Shown: positions 1 to 8,512, counted from the stretch's first letter. The stretch is 27,126 nt of DNA from a bacterium (GCA_041497675.1 JBGQGY010000038.1:1-27126); one strand, 5' to 3'. The notes: a model not told the origin generated them from the sequence alone. Program-made: numbers and translations.

Positions 1-234
1 GCCGCGCTCGCCGGTGATGGCGACGAACCCCGCCACGATCCGCTTGAGCGGCTCGCGATCGCCACCGCCTGTCACACGGCGATCCGGGCGGGAGACCCGC
101 TGGATGCAGAGGCGGGGGCGGCGCTCCTGACCGATCTCGAAGCCACGGAAGATCCCTTCACGTGTTTTCACGGCCGCCCCACGATGATCACCGTCTCGCG
201 CGAGCAGTTGGAACGATGGTTTCTTCGGAGTTAG
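1..234 (+). CDS. mutL: DNA mismatch repair endonuclease MutL, C-terminal fragment (5' part outside window)
   Basis: Frame 1 reads ...ATACHTAIRAGDPL...EDPFTCFHGRPTMITVSREQLERWFLRS* (TAG 232-234). This matches the ACR/SCK-, CPHGRP- and FxR-type motifs of MutL_C. It lies directly upstream of miaA, as is usual. Not in the ORF track. Confidence 0.93.
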   Translation, partial: AALAGDGDEPRHDPLERLAIATACHTAIRAGDPLDAEAGAALLTDLEATEDPFTCFHGRPTMITVSREQLERWFLRS

Positions 235-1163
235 GGCCGGAACCCATCGGCGTCCTCTGCGGTCCCACCGCGGTCGGCAAGACGTCGCTCGCCGTTGCAC
301 TGGCCGAGCACCTGCGCGGCGAGATCATCTGCGCTGACTCGCGCACAATCTACCGCGGCATGGACATCGGCACGGCGAAGCCCAGCGCCGACCTGCGCGC
401 GCGGGTGCCGCATCATGTGCTGGACATCGCCGATCCCGAGGACACGTTCACCGTCGCCGATTTCCAGAGGGTTGCCCGGCGCGCGATACAGGACATCCGG
501 TCGCGCGACCGGCTCCCGCTGCTCGTCGGCGGTACCGGGTTATACATCCGCGCCGTCGTGGACGACCTGTCGATCCCCCGCGTACCTCCCGACCGCGCGC
601 TCCGCGACCGCCTGATGACTGAGGAAGGGGCGCCGGGCACCGGGGCCCTGCACCGCCGTCTCACCACGCTCGACCCCGCGGCGGCGTCGCGCATCCACCC
701 AGCCAACGTGCGCCGCGTGGTTCGCGCGCTCGAGGTGATCGAGGCGACGGGGCGCCCCATCTCAGAGCAGCAGCAGCGGGGCCGCCGGTCGCTGCGCGCC
801 ACCATGATCGGGCTGGTGGCCGAGCGGGCAGAACTGTATCGTCGTATCGACGCGCGTGTTGACGAGCAGCTCGCCGCGGGTTTGGCGGACGAGACACGCC
901 GCCTGCTCACCCTCGGGATCCCCGCGGGGGCGCCGAGCCTGCAGACGCTCGGGTACAAAGAGCTTGCGGGCTGGCTCCAGGGCGCGTACGGATATGAAGA
1001 AGCCGTGCGTCTCTTGAAGCGGAACACACGCCGCTATGCGAAGCGCCAACTCACCTGGTTTCGACGGGATCCACGCATTCAATGGATCGACATCACCGAT
1101 CTGACGGACGCAGCACTGGTCGCACGGGCGCGTGCTATGATGGGACCATCACGCGTGGCGTAG
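216..1163 (+). CDS. miaA: tRNA dimethylallyltransferase
   Basis: Motifs GPTAVGKT, DSRTIYRGMDIGTAKP, VGGTGLY, RVVRALEV and TRRYAKRQLTWF. Start set to ATG 216, overlapping the mutL end, rather than 162. Confidence 0.97.
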   Translation: MVSSELGPEPIGVLCGPTAVGKTSLAVALAEHLRGEIICADSRTIYRGMDIGTAKPSADLRARVPHHVLDIADPEDTFTVADFQRVARRAIQDIRSRDRLPLLVGGTGLYIRAVVDDLSIPRVPPDRALRDRLMTEEGAPGTGALHRRLTTLDPAAASRIHPANVRRVVRALEVIEATGRPISEQQQRGRRSLRATMIGLVAERAELYRRIDARVDEQLAAGLADETRRLLTLGIPAGAPSLQTLGYKELAGWLQGAYGYEEAVRLLKRNTRRYAKRQLTWFRRDPRIQWIDITDLTDAALVARARAMMGPSRVA

Positions 1164-1173
1164 GGAGGAGAGG

Positions 1174-2352
1174 ATGTCCCAACAGGTTCGGATGCTCCAG
1201 TCGCAGCGGCTGCAAAAGATCGGTGCCTATCTCTTTGCCGACCTCGACCGAAAGCAAGACGCGTTGAAGGCGAAGGGTGTGGACGTCATCAACCTCGGCG
1301 TCGGTGACCCCGACCTGCCGACTCCGGAGCATATCATTCGCGCCCTGGAGGACGGGGCCAGGGATCCTCGCTCCCATCGCTATCCGCCCTACGTCGGTAC
1401 CACCGAGTTCCGCAGGGCGACGGCGGCCTGGTTCCAGCAGCGATTCGGCGTCACGCTCGATCCGGACCGTCAGGTGCTCGCCTTGATCGGTTCGAAGGAA
1501 GGATTGGCCCATCTCCCCTGGGCGATGCTGAATCCTGGCGAGGTGGCCCTGGTGCCTGATCCGGGCTACCCGGTCTATCGGTCGGCCACGATCATGGCCG
1601 AGGGCGAACCGGTGGCCTTGCCGCTGCTGGCCGACAGACTCTTCTTGCCCGACCTCGATGCCATTCCGCCCGAGGTCGCGCGGCGCGCGCGGTTGATGTT
1701 TCTCAACTATCCGAACAACCCGACCGGCGCGACGGCCGACATGGAGTTCCTTGCCAAGGCCGTGGCGTTCGCGAAGCGGCACGATCTGGTGCTCGTGCAC
1801 GACAATGCATACTCCGAGATCACGTTTGACGGTTACCGTGCACCGAGCGTGTTGCAGGTGCCCGGCGCGCTCGACGTCGCGATCGAACTCCACTCGCTCT
1901 CGAAGACCTTCAACATGACCGGCTGGCGGATCGGGTTTGCCGTGGGCAACGCCGAAGCGGTGAATGCGCTCGGCGTGGTGAAGACCAACGTCGACTCGGG
2001 CGTGTTCCGCGCCGTGCAGCACGCGGGCATCGCCGCGCTGACCGGTCCCCAGGACGTCGTCAAGCCCGCCCTGGCGCGCTATCAGGCGCGGCGTGATCGT
2101 CTGGTGAACGGGCTGCGCGCCGTCGGGTGGAAGGCCCCCTCGCCAAAGGCGACGCTGTACATCTGGATGCCCACGCCAAACGGCCAGTCGTCGGTCACGT
2201 TTGCGGCCGACGTGCTGGAGCGCACAGGCGTGGTCATTACGCCCGGTGTTGGGTACGGCGCGCACGGCGAGGGGTTCGTCCGGCTGTCGCTGACCACTCC
2301 TGATGACCGGCTCGACGAAGCCGTCGCCCGCATCCGCCGGACCTACGGGTAG
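1174..2352 (+). CDS. dapL: LL-diaminopimelate aminotransferase-like PLP-dependent class I/II aminotransferase
   Basis: N-terminus YLFADLD...GVDVINLGVGDPDLPTP, plus GSKEG, LNYPNNPTG, DNAYSE and SLSKTFNMTGWRIG (PLP lysine). GGAGG SD upstream. Substrate is inferred from family resemblance. Confidence 0.8.
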   Translation: MSQQVRMLQSQRLQKIGAYLFADLDRKQDALKAKGVDVINLGVGDPDLPTPEHIIRALEDGARDPRSHRYPPYVGTTEFRRATAAWFQQRFGVTLDPDRQVLALIGSKEGLAHLPWAMLNPGEVALVPDPGYPVYRSATIMAEGEPVALPLLADRLFLPDLDAIPPEVARRARLMFLNYPNNPTGATADMEFLAKAVAFAKRHDLVLVHDNAYSEITFDGYRAPSVLQVPGALDVAIELHSLSKTFNMTGWRIGFAVGNAEAVNALGVVKTNVDSGVFRAVQHAGIAALTGPQDVVKPALARYQARRDRLVNGLRAVGWKAPSPKATLYIWMPTPNGQSSVTFAADVLERTGVVITPGVGYGAHGEGFVRLSLTTPDDRLDEAVARIRRTYG

Positions 2353-2361
2353 GAGCGAACG

Positions 2362-4197
2362 ATCGGCTCGACCGCCACTCTCTGGGGAATCCCTCGTACC
2401 GTCGAGCTCACGCACCGCCGGATGCTCGAGGCGCTGGGCCGGCGGCGCGTGCCGCAAGACCGAGTCACCACCCTCGACGTACTGGAGATTCTCGCGCACC
2501 TCGCCCAGGCGCTACGCCGTGAGGTCGGCGTGCTCGTCGACCGGCACGGCGTCGTGTCACACGTCGTGCTCAGCCGGCGCTGGCAGGCCCTCGTTGAGGA
2601 ACTGAGCCACCGGTCCGGCAGCCGGGGCAGCGCACTCAGGTATCTCGAAGCCCATCCGCAGGCGGACGGGCGACCCGACGATGGGGATACACGCGCGCTG
2701 CGGGATCTCGACCTCGACCTCGTCCTGACAATCGGGACGCAGCGCGGTCGTCCCACAGAAGGGTGGGTGCTCGCCCCGGTCGTGGCGCGCAACGGGGTGG
2801 GGGAGGGACCTCCGTTGACGGAGGGGCCCTATCCGTTTGACGCCCTCGCGCATCTCGAGCTCACGAGCCGCGCCCGCCACGCGGATGCGGCCCGTCGTGG
2901 CGGCCGGATGTCTGCGATCGGCGCGGCCGAACGCGCCGTGTTGGTCATCGTCGCCGACTCCGCCGACCCGGAGGCGGCCGTGGAAGAGATGTCGCGCCTG
3001 GCTGAGACGGCCGGGGCCGTCCCGGTTGTGACCATCATGCAGCGGCGGTCCCGACCCGATCCGGCGCGCTTCATCGGCAAAGGCAAGGTCGAAGAAGTGG
3101 TCCGGGCGACCGAGACCCACGCCGCCAACGTCGTGCTGGTTGATGCGGAATTGAGCGCGACGCAGCAGCGCACGCTTGAGCGTGAGATCGGCGTCAAGGT
3201 CGTCGATCGCACCGCGCTGGTGCTCGACATCTTCGCCCGCCGGGCACAGACGCACGAGGGCCGCCTGCAGGTCGAACTGGCGCAGATGCAATATCTGTTG
3301 CCACGGCTCGCCGGCCGCGGGGTCTGGCTCTCGCGACTCGGCGGTGGGATCGGTACCCGGGGCCCCGGCGAAACCAAGCTCGAGGTCGATCGGCGCCGTA
3401 TCCGTACGCGCATTACGAACCTGCAACGCGAGATCGAGACGATCCGTCAGCGTCGCAGTCTCCAGCGCGAGCCCCGCGAGGCGGCGGGGGTGCCACAGGT
3501 GGCGCTCGTCGGCTACACGAACGCCGGCAAATCTACGCTGCTCAACGCGCTGACCGGCGCCGGTGTGTTTGTCGAGAACCGTCTCTTTGCGACGCTGGAT
3601 CCGACGGTGCGGCGTCTGGTGCTGCCGAACCGGCGTGCGGTCGTGCTTGCCGACACCGTGGGGTTCATCCAGCGCCTGCCGACTCAGCTGGTGGCGGCCT
3701 TTCGCGGGACGCTCGAAGAGGTGGTCTCCGCCGACCTGCTGCTCCACGTGATCGATGCCAGCCATCCGGCGTGGCCGGAACAGGCAAAGGTCGTGGGCAA
3801 AGTGTTGCACGACATCGGCGCGGGGACGCATCCGGTCATCACCGTCTTCAACAAGGTGGACCGCCTCGGCGTTGAAGAGAGCCGGGCACTGGCCGGCGCT
3901 CATCGGGACGCCGTGCTGGTGTCGGCTGTGGCCGGGCGGGGGCTTCAGGACTTGCTGCGCGCGATCGGGCACCGGCTACCCGACCCGTGGATCCGTGTGC
4001 GCGTGCGCGTGCCGTATCGTGAAGCCAAGCTGCTGGCGCGGCTGCGTGCTGATGGGCGGATGCTCAGCGAGGACTACCAGGCTGACTGCGTGCTGCTCGA
4101 AGCTGAAGTTCCGGGGCCGCTTGCGGTTGAACTCCGGGCGCGTGGTCTGCAGGCTACTGCAGGCGGCGGAAGACGGCGATCGCCTTCCCCTCGATAG
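2362..4197 (+). CDS. hflX: GTPase HflX, long form with N-terminal extension. Probable ATC start at 2362; first ATG is at 2422.
   Basis: Motifs DIFARRA..HEGRLQVELAQ, GGIGTRGPGETKLEVDRR, G1 GYTNAGKS, LFATLDPT, DTVGF and NKVD. AGGAG at 2351-2355 lies 6 nt before the in-frame ATC. Confidence 0.93.
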   Translation: MGSTATLWGIPRTVELTHRRMLEALGRRRVPQDRVTTLDVLEILAHLAQALRREVGVLVDRHGVVSHVVLSRRWQALVEELSHRSGSRGSALRYLEAHPQADGRPDDGDTRALRDLDLDLVLTIGTQRGRPTEGWVLAPVVARNGVGEGPPLTEGPYPFDALAHLELTSRARHADAARRGGRMSAIGAAERAVLVIVADSADPEAAVEEMSRLAETAGAVPVVTIMQRRSRPDPARFIGKGKVEEVVRATETHAANVVLVDAELSATQQRTLEREIGVKVVDRTALVLDIFARRAQTHEGRLQVELAQMQYLLPRLAGRGVWLSRLGGGIGTRGPGETKLEVDRRRIRTRITNLQREIETIRQRRSLQREPREAAGVPQVALVGYTNAGKSTLLNALTGAGVFVENRLFATLDPTVRRLVLPNRRAVVLADTVGFIQRLPTQLVAAFRGTLEEVVSADLLLHVIDASHPAWPEQAKVVGKVLHDIGAGTHPVITVFNKVDRLGVEESRALAGAHRDAVLVSAVAGRGLQDLLRAIGHRLPDPWIRVRVRVPYREAKLLARLRADGRMLSEDYQADCVLLEAEVPGPLAVELRARGLQATAGGGRRRSPSPR

Positions 4198-4777
4198 TGA
4201 CCTCTTTCGCGTAGATTGGATCCATCGACTCGTTCGCGGGTTGGAGCCTGACGCGGTCTCGCTCGCGGAAGAATTGTTTGACCGTGGCTTCGTCGCCGAG
4301 CCGGGCCACGACGATGTCGCCGTTCTGCGCACCGCTCTGGCGGCGGACCACCAGCAGATCACCATCGAGGATTCCCGCGCCGATCATGCTGTCGCCCCGC
4401 ACTTTGAGCACGAAACCATCGGACCCGTTCAGCAGGTCGGCCGGGACTGGCAGGTAGTCTTCGATGTTCTGGTCGGCCAGGATCGGCTCGCCGGCCGTGA
4501 CGCGTCCGACGATGGGCAGCGGGATCGCCCGCCGCACGGGCACCGCCTGGTCGCCGCGGCTCTCGCGCAGGATCTCGAGCGCCCGAGGCTTGCTGGGATC
4601 GCGCCGGAGATAGCCTTTGCGCTCCAGCGCCGCCAGATGCGAGTGAACCGTCGAGCTGCTCGTCAAACCCATGGCCGTGCCAATCTCGCGCACCGAGGGT
4701 GGGTACCCGTGCGAGTCGGCGTACCTCCGGACGAAGGTCAGAATGTCGTTCTGACGTCGCGTAAGCTTCGTGGCCAT
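4154..4777 (-). CDS. lexA: SOS repressor LexA
   Basis: N-terminal wHTH (GYPPSVREIG..SSSTVHSHL), cleavage site VTAG, catalytic Ser (GDSM) and Lys (ATVK). ATG 4777 chosen because it lies downstream of the predicted promoter. Confidence 0.97.
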   Translation of the reverse strand: MATKLTRRQNDILTFVRRYADSHGYPPSVREIGTAMGLTSSSTVHSHLAALERKGYLRRDPSKPRALEILRESRGDQAVPVRRAIPLPIVGRVTAGEPILADQNIEDYLPVPADLLNGSDGFVLKVRGDSMIGAGILDGDLLVVRRQSGAQNGDIVVARLGDEATVKQFFRERDRVRLQPANESMDPIYAKEVTIEGKAIAVFRRLQ

Positions 4778-4791
4778 GGCTGCTTGTCCCG

Positions 4792-4820
4792 ATCTTACCA
4801 GGGCCAGAGGCAAAATGCAA
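4792..4820 (-). promoter_or_regulatory. sigma70-type promoter of lexA
   Basis: Minus strand reads TTGCAT (4820-4815), N17, TAAGAT (4797-4792), with an extended -10 TG. Confidence 0.7.
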
Positions 4821-4831
4821 ACACGTGTTCG
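4818..4831. promoter_or_regulatory. LexA operator (Gram-positive/Cheo-type SOS box) overlapping the lexA -35
   Basis: Minus strand reads CGAAC-ACGT-GTTTG, matching GAAC-N4-GTTY. The position is the one expected for autorepression. Confidence 0.85.
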
Positions 4832-4873
4832 GGCGCGGTCGAGGCGCCGCGGGCCGGTCCCCCCACCTCATTT

Positions 4874-4901
4874 ACTTCGCATAATGTTCGTTATGTTAAG
4901 T
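4874..4901 (+). other. dif site (XerC/XerD chromosome dimer resolution site)
   Basis: ACTTCGCATAA-TGTTCG-TTATGTTAAGT has 11-6-11 architecture. The right arm differs from the E. coli XerD arm TTATGTTAAAT at one position, and the left arm shares CGCATAA with the E. coli XerC arm. It is an intergenic AT-rich island, and gene orientation converges here. Confidence 0.88.
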
Positions 4902-4940
4902 ACATGAAACGGGGCGACGAGGCAGGCCGCGGCCGAGTTG

Positions 4941-4969
4941 TTGACGGTCCTCCCCTGCGCTGCTACGCT
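4941..4969 (+). promoter_or_regulatory. sigma70-type promoter, probably giving a leaderless mRNA
   Basis: TTGACG (4941-4946), N17, TACGCT (4964-4969) with an extended TG. An in-frame GTG follows after a 7-nt gap. Confidence 0.6.
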
Positions 4970-4976
4970 GCTCGCC

Positions 4977-5432
4977 GTGACTGAGGGGGGGCAGCCGCCG
5001 CGCCGATCGGAGGAAGTCGTCGACGTCCTGGGTCGGGCGTTTGTCCTGCTTATGGAAGGTCCGATGCCGCCGGGGCGGTTTGAGGTGCGCATCTGGGAAG
5101 GCACCAGGCGGGGCCCCGGGCCGGCGCAGTACCTCCGCGCCCCGATCCGCGGGCGGGATGCCGATGAGGCCCGGGAGCGCGCGCTCGAGGTGCTTCACAA
5201 CTATGTCGGCTTGGATCAGTTCCGGCTGGCGGTCGAAGAGGTCGCGGCCGAGCTGGCGCCGGGGGCCCGGGTCAGCATCCGAGAAACCGCCCGCGAGGTG
5301 ATCGTGACGGTTGAAGCCCCAGGGCACTCCAAGCCGCCACTCGCCATTCGGCGGGAACAGATTCTTGCGCCGGACGCCAGCGTCGAGAGCCTCAGGGTCG
5401 CCATCCGGCGGCACCTGGGTGTCCCCGGCTAG
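4977..5432 (+). CDS. Hypothetical protein (about 151 aa)
   Basis: The ORF fills the gap, has protein-like composition and overlaps the convergent gene by 4 nt at the stops. GTG 4977 preferred over TTG 4938. No family recognised. Confidence 0.65.
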   Translation: MTEGGQPPRRSEEVVDVLGRAFVLLMEGPMPPGRFEVRIWEGTRRGPGPAQYLRAPIRGRDADEARERALEVLHNYVGLDQFRLAVEEVAAELAPGARVSIRETAREVIVTVEAPGHSKPPLAIRREQILAPDASVESLRVAIRRHLGVPG

Positions 5433-5614
5433 CCGCCGGCCACTTCAACGGCTGAGGCGCGCACCATGCGCTCTTTCTTCCCGGTTCGTTCCTCGATCAC
5501 GATCGTCAACACGCCGTAGCCGGGCTCGAGGTGGTTGGCCACACCTTCCACCCCGTCGACGCGCACGCGTGTCCCCTTGGTGATCGGCTGTCCCTTGCGG
5601 TCACGCAGTTCCAT
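5429..5614 (-). CDS. Small hypothetical protein (61 aa), possibly an SH3/KOW-like beta barrel
   Basis: AGGAGG SD 7 nt before ATG 5614. Sequence MELRDRKGQPITKGTRVRVDGVEGVA... has an alternating beta-strand pattern. The fold is an inference. Confidence 0.7.
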   Translation of the reverse strand: MELRDRKGQPITKGTRVRVDGVEGVANHLEPGYGVLTIVIEERTGKKERMVRASAVEVAGG

Positions 5615-5637
5615 ACGGTGCCTCCTGACGGTGGCTC

Positions 5638-6849
5638 CTAGTGGTCGACGCGTTCGATGATCATGGCGATCCCCTGACCGACACCGATACACATGGTTGC
5701 CAGCCCGTAGCGGACCCGCCGGCGCTGGAGTTCGTGTACCAGCGTCGTCGTGATGCGGGCGCCGCTCGATCCGATCGGATGGCCCAGCGCGACCGCCCCT
5801 CCGCTTGGGTTGAGTTTCTCCATCGGGATGCCGAGCTCGCGCGCGCAGGCGAGCACCTGCACCGCGAAGGCCTCGTTGAGCTCGATCACGTCGATGTCAT
5901 TGATCGTGAGTCCCGCCCGCTCCAACGCCTTGCGCGTGGCGGGGATGGGACCAAGACCCATCACCGCCGGATCGACACCCGCCACCGCCGACGCCACGAT
6001 GCGCGCCTTCGGCCGGAGTCCGACTGCGGCCGCAGTCCCCTTTTCCATCACCAGCAGCGCGGCCGCGCCGTCGTTGATCCCCGAGGAGTTGCCCGCCGTG
6101 ACCGACCCGTTCTTGCGGAACGCGGGCTCGAGCCGCGCGAGCGCCTCGAGCGTGGTGTCCGGTCGCGGGTGCTCGTCGACATCGATCACCCTGGGATCCC
6201 CGCGGCGCTGCGGGATGACCACCGGCACGATCTCGTCGCGAAACTTCCCCGATGCCATCGCCGCGGCGGCCCGCCGCTGGCTCTCGAGCGCAAATGCATC
6301 CTGATCGTCCCTCGTGATCCCATACCGCTCGGCGACGTTCTCGGCGGTCTCGCCCATGCTGTACGTGGGATACATCTGGGCCAGACGCGTGTTGACGAAC
6401 CGCCAGCCGAGCGTCGTGTCGACCGCCCGCACGTCGCCGCGCGGGAAGCTCTGGTCGGGTTTTGGCATCACCAGCGGCGCGCGGGTCATCGACTCGACGC
6501 CACCGGCAATGATGACGTCCCCCTCCCCGACCCTGATGACGTGCGCCGCGCTGACGACCGCCTGCATCCCGGATCCACACAGCCGGTTGACCGTCTGCCC
6601 GGCGACGGTGACCGGCAACCCGGCGAGCAGCACCGCCATGCGGGCCACGTTGCGGTTGTCCTCACCGGCCTGGTTTGTGCAGCCAAAGATCACGTCTTCG
6701 ATCGACGCGGGATCGAGGTTGTTGCGGCGGACCAGGGCCTGGATGACGAGCGCCGCCAGATCGTCCGGCCGGACGTCCTTGAGGGCGCCGGCGTACCGTC
6801 CCACGGGGGTACGGACCGCATCGATGATGACAGCGTCTCTCGTGGTCAT
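5638..6849 (-). CDS. paaJ: 3-oxoadipyl-CoA/acetyl-CoA C-acyltransferase (thiolase, PaaJ/PcaF type)
   Basis: [13 protein letters not shown] (PcaF/PaaJ signature), [22 protein letters not shown] and MCIGVGQG. Confidence 0.88.
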   Translation of the reverse strand: MTTRDAVIIDAVRTPVGRYAGALKDVRPDDLAALVIQALVRRNNLDPASIEDVIFGCTNQAGEDNRNVARMAVLLAGLPVTVAGQTVNRLCGSGMQAVVSAAHVIRVGEGDVIIAGGVESMTRAPLVMPKPDQSFPRGDVRAVDTTLGWRFVNTRLAQMYPTYSMGETAENVAERYGITRDDQDAFALESQRRAAAAMASGKFRDEIVPVVIPQRRGDPRVIDVDEHPRPDTTLEALARLEPAFRKNGSVTAGNSSGINDGAAALLVMEKGTAAAVGLRPKARIVASAVAGVDPAVMGLGPIPATRKALERAGLTINDIDVIELNEAFAVQVLACARELGIPMEKLNPSGGAVALGHPIGSSGARITTTLVHELQRRRVRYGLATMCIGVGQGIAMIIERVDH

Positions 6850-8508
6850 CTAGGTCTCCGGTGACGTATGCTGCGATGGGCCGTCGACGATCGTCTGGTC
6901 GGCGGCCACGAGCCGCCGCAAGAGCGGCGCCGGGCGATAGCGCGGGTCGCCCTGCTCGGCAAACAAGCCGGTGACGATCGCCAGGATCACGTCGAGCCCG
7001 GCGGCGTGGGCGCGCTCGATGGGTCCCTGAGGGTAGTTCACACCCAGTCGCATCGCCGTGTCGATGTCGGGCCCGGGTGCGATCCCCTCCGCCAGCGCGA
7101 CCACGGCTTCGTGGCACAGCATGGCCTGGATACGCGGGAACACGCCCGCGACACCGTCACCCACCTGGATGGCCGGCTTCCCAACGTCGGCCCAAAAGGC
7201 CAGCGCCCGCGCCAGCGCCCGGCGATCGGTGCGCAACCCTGGCTGGACTTCTATCACCTTGCGGTCGGCCAGCGGCGGGAGCGTCGCAAACCCCACCACC
7301 CGCTCCGGCCGCACGCAGTATCGCGCGGCCTCCGCCGTCGACGTTGTCAGCGTCAGCACCAGCAGCAAGGCCTCATCGGGCAGCAGGGCCTCCAGGGCCG
7401 CCACAGCACGGGCCTTCTCCTCCCCGGCAATCGGCGAGGCCCCCACCGCCACCGCCACCGGCCACCGGCCTGCCCGCGGGACGTCCGTGAGCACGTCCAG
7501 ACCCGCTGCACGCAGCACGTCCGCGATTTCGGCCGCAAGACGAGAACCCCCAAACACCCCAACCGGCGAGAAATGCTGGCCGTTCGCCTGGGCCATCGCG
7601 AGCAGTTGCCCGCCCGTCGGCCCGCCGGACGGTCGCGGCGATCCGCCCGTCGTGTAGTCGTAGAATCCCCGGCCGGTCTTCCGTCCGAGCAGTCCCGCGT
7701 CGACCATCTGCTGCTGCAGTGGGTGCGGGCGGTAGCGCGGATCGAAAAAAAACGCTTCGTACATCGCCTTCGCGACGGCCAGACCGACATCGAGACCCAC
7801 GAGATCGCGCACTTCGAACGGTCCCATCCGGTAGCCGCCGGCCTCGCGCATGATCTGGTCGATCACCTCAACCGGGGCCACGCCGTCCGCGAGCACCCGG
7901 AGTGACTCCGCGTAAAACGGTTGCGCGACCCGGTTGACCAGGAATCCCGGAGCGTCCTTCGCCCGCACCGGTGTCTTGCCAAACGCCCGGGCCAGCGCAT
8001 CCGCGGCTTCGAGGGCCGCGTCGCCGGTGCGGTGCCCCCGGATGATTTCGACCAACGCCATCGCGGGAACCGGATTGAAGAAATGCATCCCGACCACGCG
8101 CTCTGGGTGATGAGTCGCGGCGGCGGCGATCGCCGTGATCGAGAGTGACGAGGTGTTTGACGCCAGCACGACCTCGGGCGCGCAGATCTCGTCCAAACGT
8201 TTGAAGAGGTCGCGCTTGAGGGTCATGTTCTCGGGCGCGGCCTCGATCACAAACCCTGCGGCGGCCAGATCGTGCAGCTCGGTGACCCAGCGGAGCCGGG
8301 CACGCGCCGCCTCGGCGGCGTCACGATCGAGCCGGCCGCGCGCGATGCGTTGCACGACGTGCTCGTCGAACCGCCGCCGAGCGCGGTCGAGAATGTCGGG
8401 CGAGACGTCCTGCACGAGCACGTCGTGCCCGGAGAGCGCCGCGACGGCGGCAATGCCTCCACCCATCGTCCCCGAACCCACGATGCCGATGATGGGTTCA
8501 GGTGGCAC
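6850..8508 (-). CDS. paaH: 3-hydroxyacyl-CoA dehydrogenase, PaaH-like with duplicated C-terminal domains
   Basis: [49 protein letters not shown], and a second module ending in [15 protein letters not shown]...PRYRP. Start moved to GTG 8508, just after the upstream stop. Confidence 0.85.
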   Translation of the reverse strand: MPPEPIIGIVGSGTMGGGIAAVAALSGHDVLVQDVSPDILDRARRRFDEHVVQRIARGRLDRDAAEAARARLRWVTELHDLAAAGFVIEAAPENMTLKRDLFKRLDEICAPEVVLASNTSSLSITAIAAAATHHPERVVGMHFFNPVPAMALVEIIRGHRTGDAALEAADALARAFGKTPVRAKDAPGFLVNRVAQPFYAESLRVLADGVAPVEVIDQIMREAGGYRMGPFEVRDLVGLDVGLAVAKAMYEAFFFDPRYRPHPLQQQMVDAGLLGRKTGRGFYDYTTGGSPRPSGGPTGGQLLAMAQANGQHFSPVGVFGGSRLAAEIADVLRAAGLDVLTDVPRAGRWPVAVAVGASPIAGEEKARAVAALEALLPDEALLLVLTLTTSTAEAARYCVRPERVVGFATLPPLADRKVIEVQPGLRTDRRALARALAFWADVGKPAIQVGDGVAGVFPRIQAMLCHEAVVALAEGIAPGPDIDTAMRLGVNYPQGPIERAHAAGLDVILAIVTGLFAEQGDPRYRPAPLLRRLVAADQTIVDGPSQHTSPET

Positions 8509-8512
8509 GGGA

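Noticed and set aside
1135..3972. Long antisense ORFs (454 aa and 471 aa here, similar ones opposite the thiolase, lon, clpP and E1 genes)
   Set aside because: These are shadow ORFs expected from high-GC codon bias opposite well-supported genes. They have no motifs or SD.
1174..4197. dapL and hflX are in the same frame separated by one TAG, suggesting a readthrough fusion or amber recoding
   Set aside because: TAG is used as a normal stop by many genes here (mutL, miaA, lexA, valS), and no pyrrolysine genes are visible. An SD plus ATC start explains the open frame more simply.
4877..4890. GTTCG in the dif spacer as a second SOS box
   Set aside because: Only a half-site is present. The left half (TCGCA) does not match CGAAC, and the sequence is explained by dif.
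4860..5640. Possible Xer-exploiting integrated element (IMEX or pdif module) at dif
   Set aside because: I saw no second dif-like site and no phage, replication or integrase genes.
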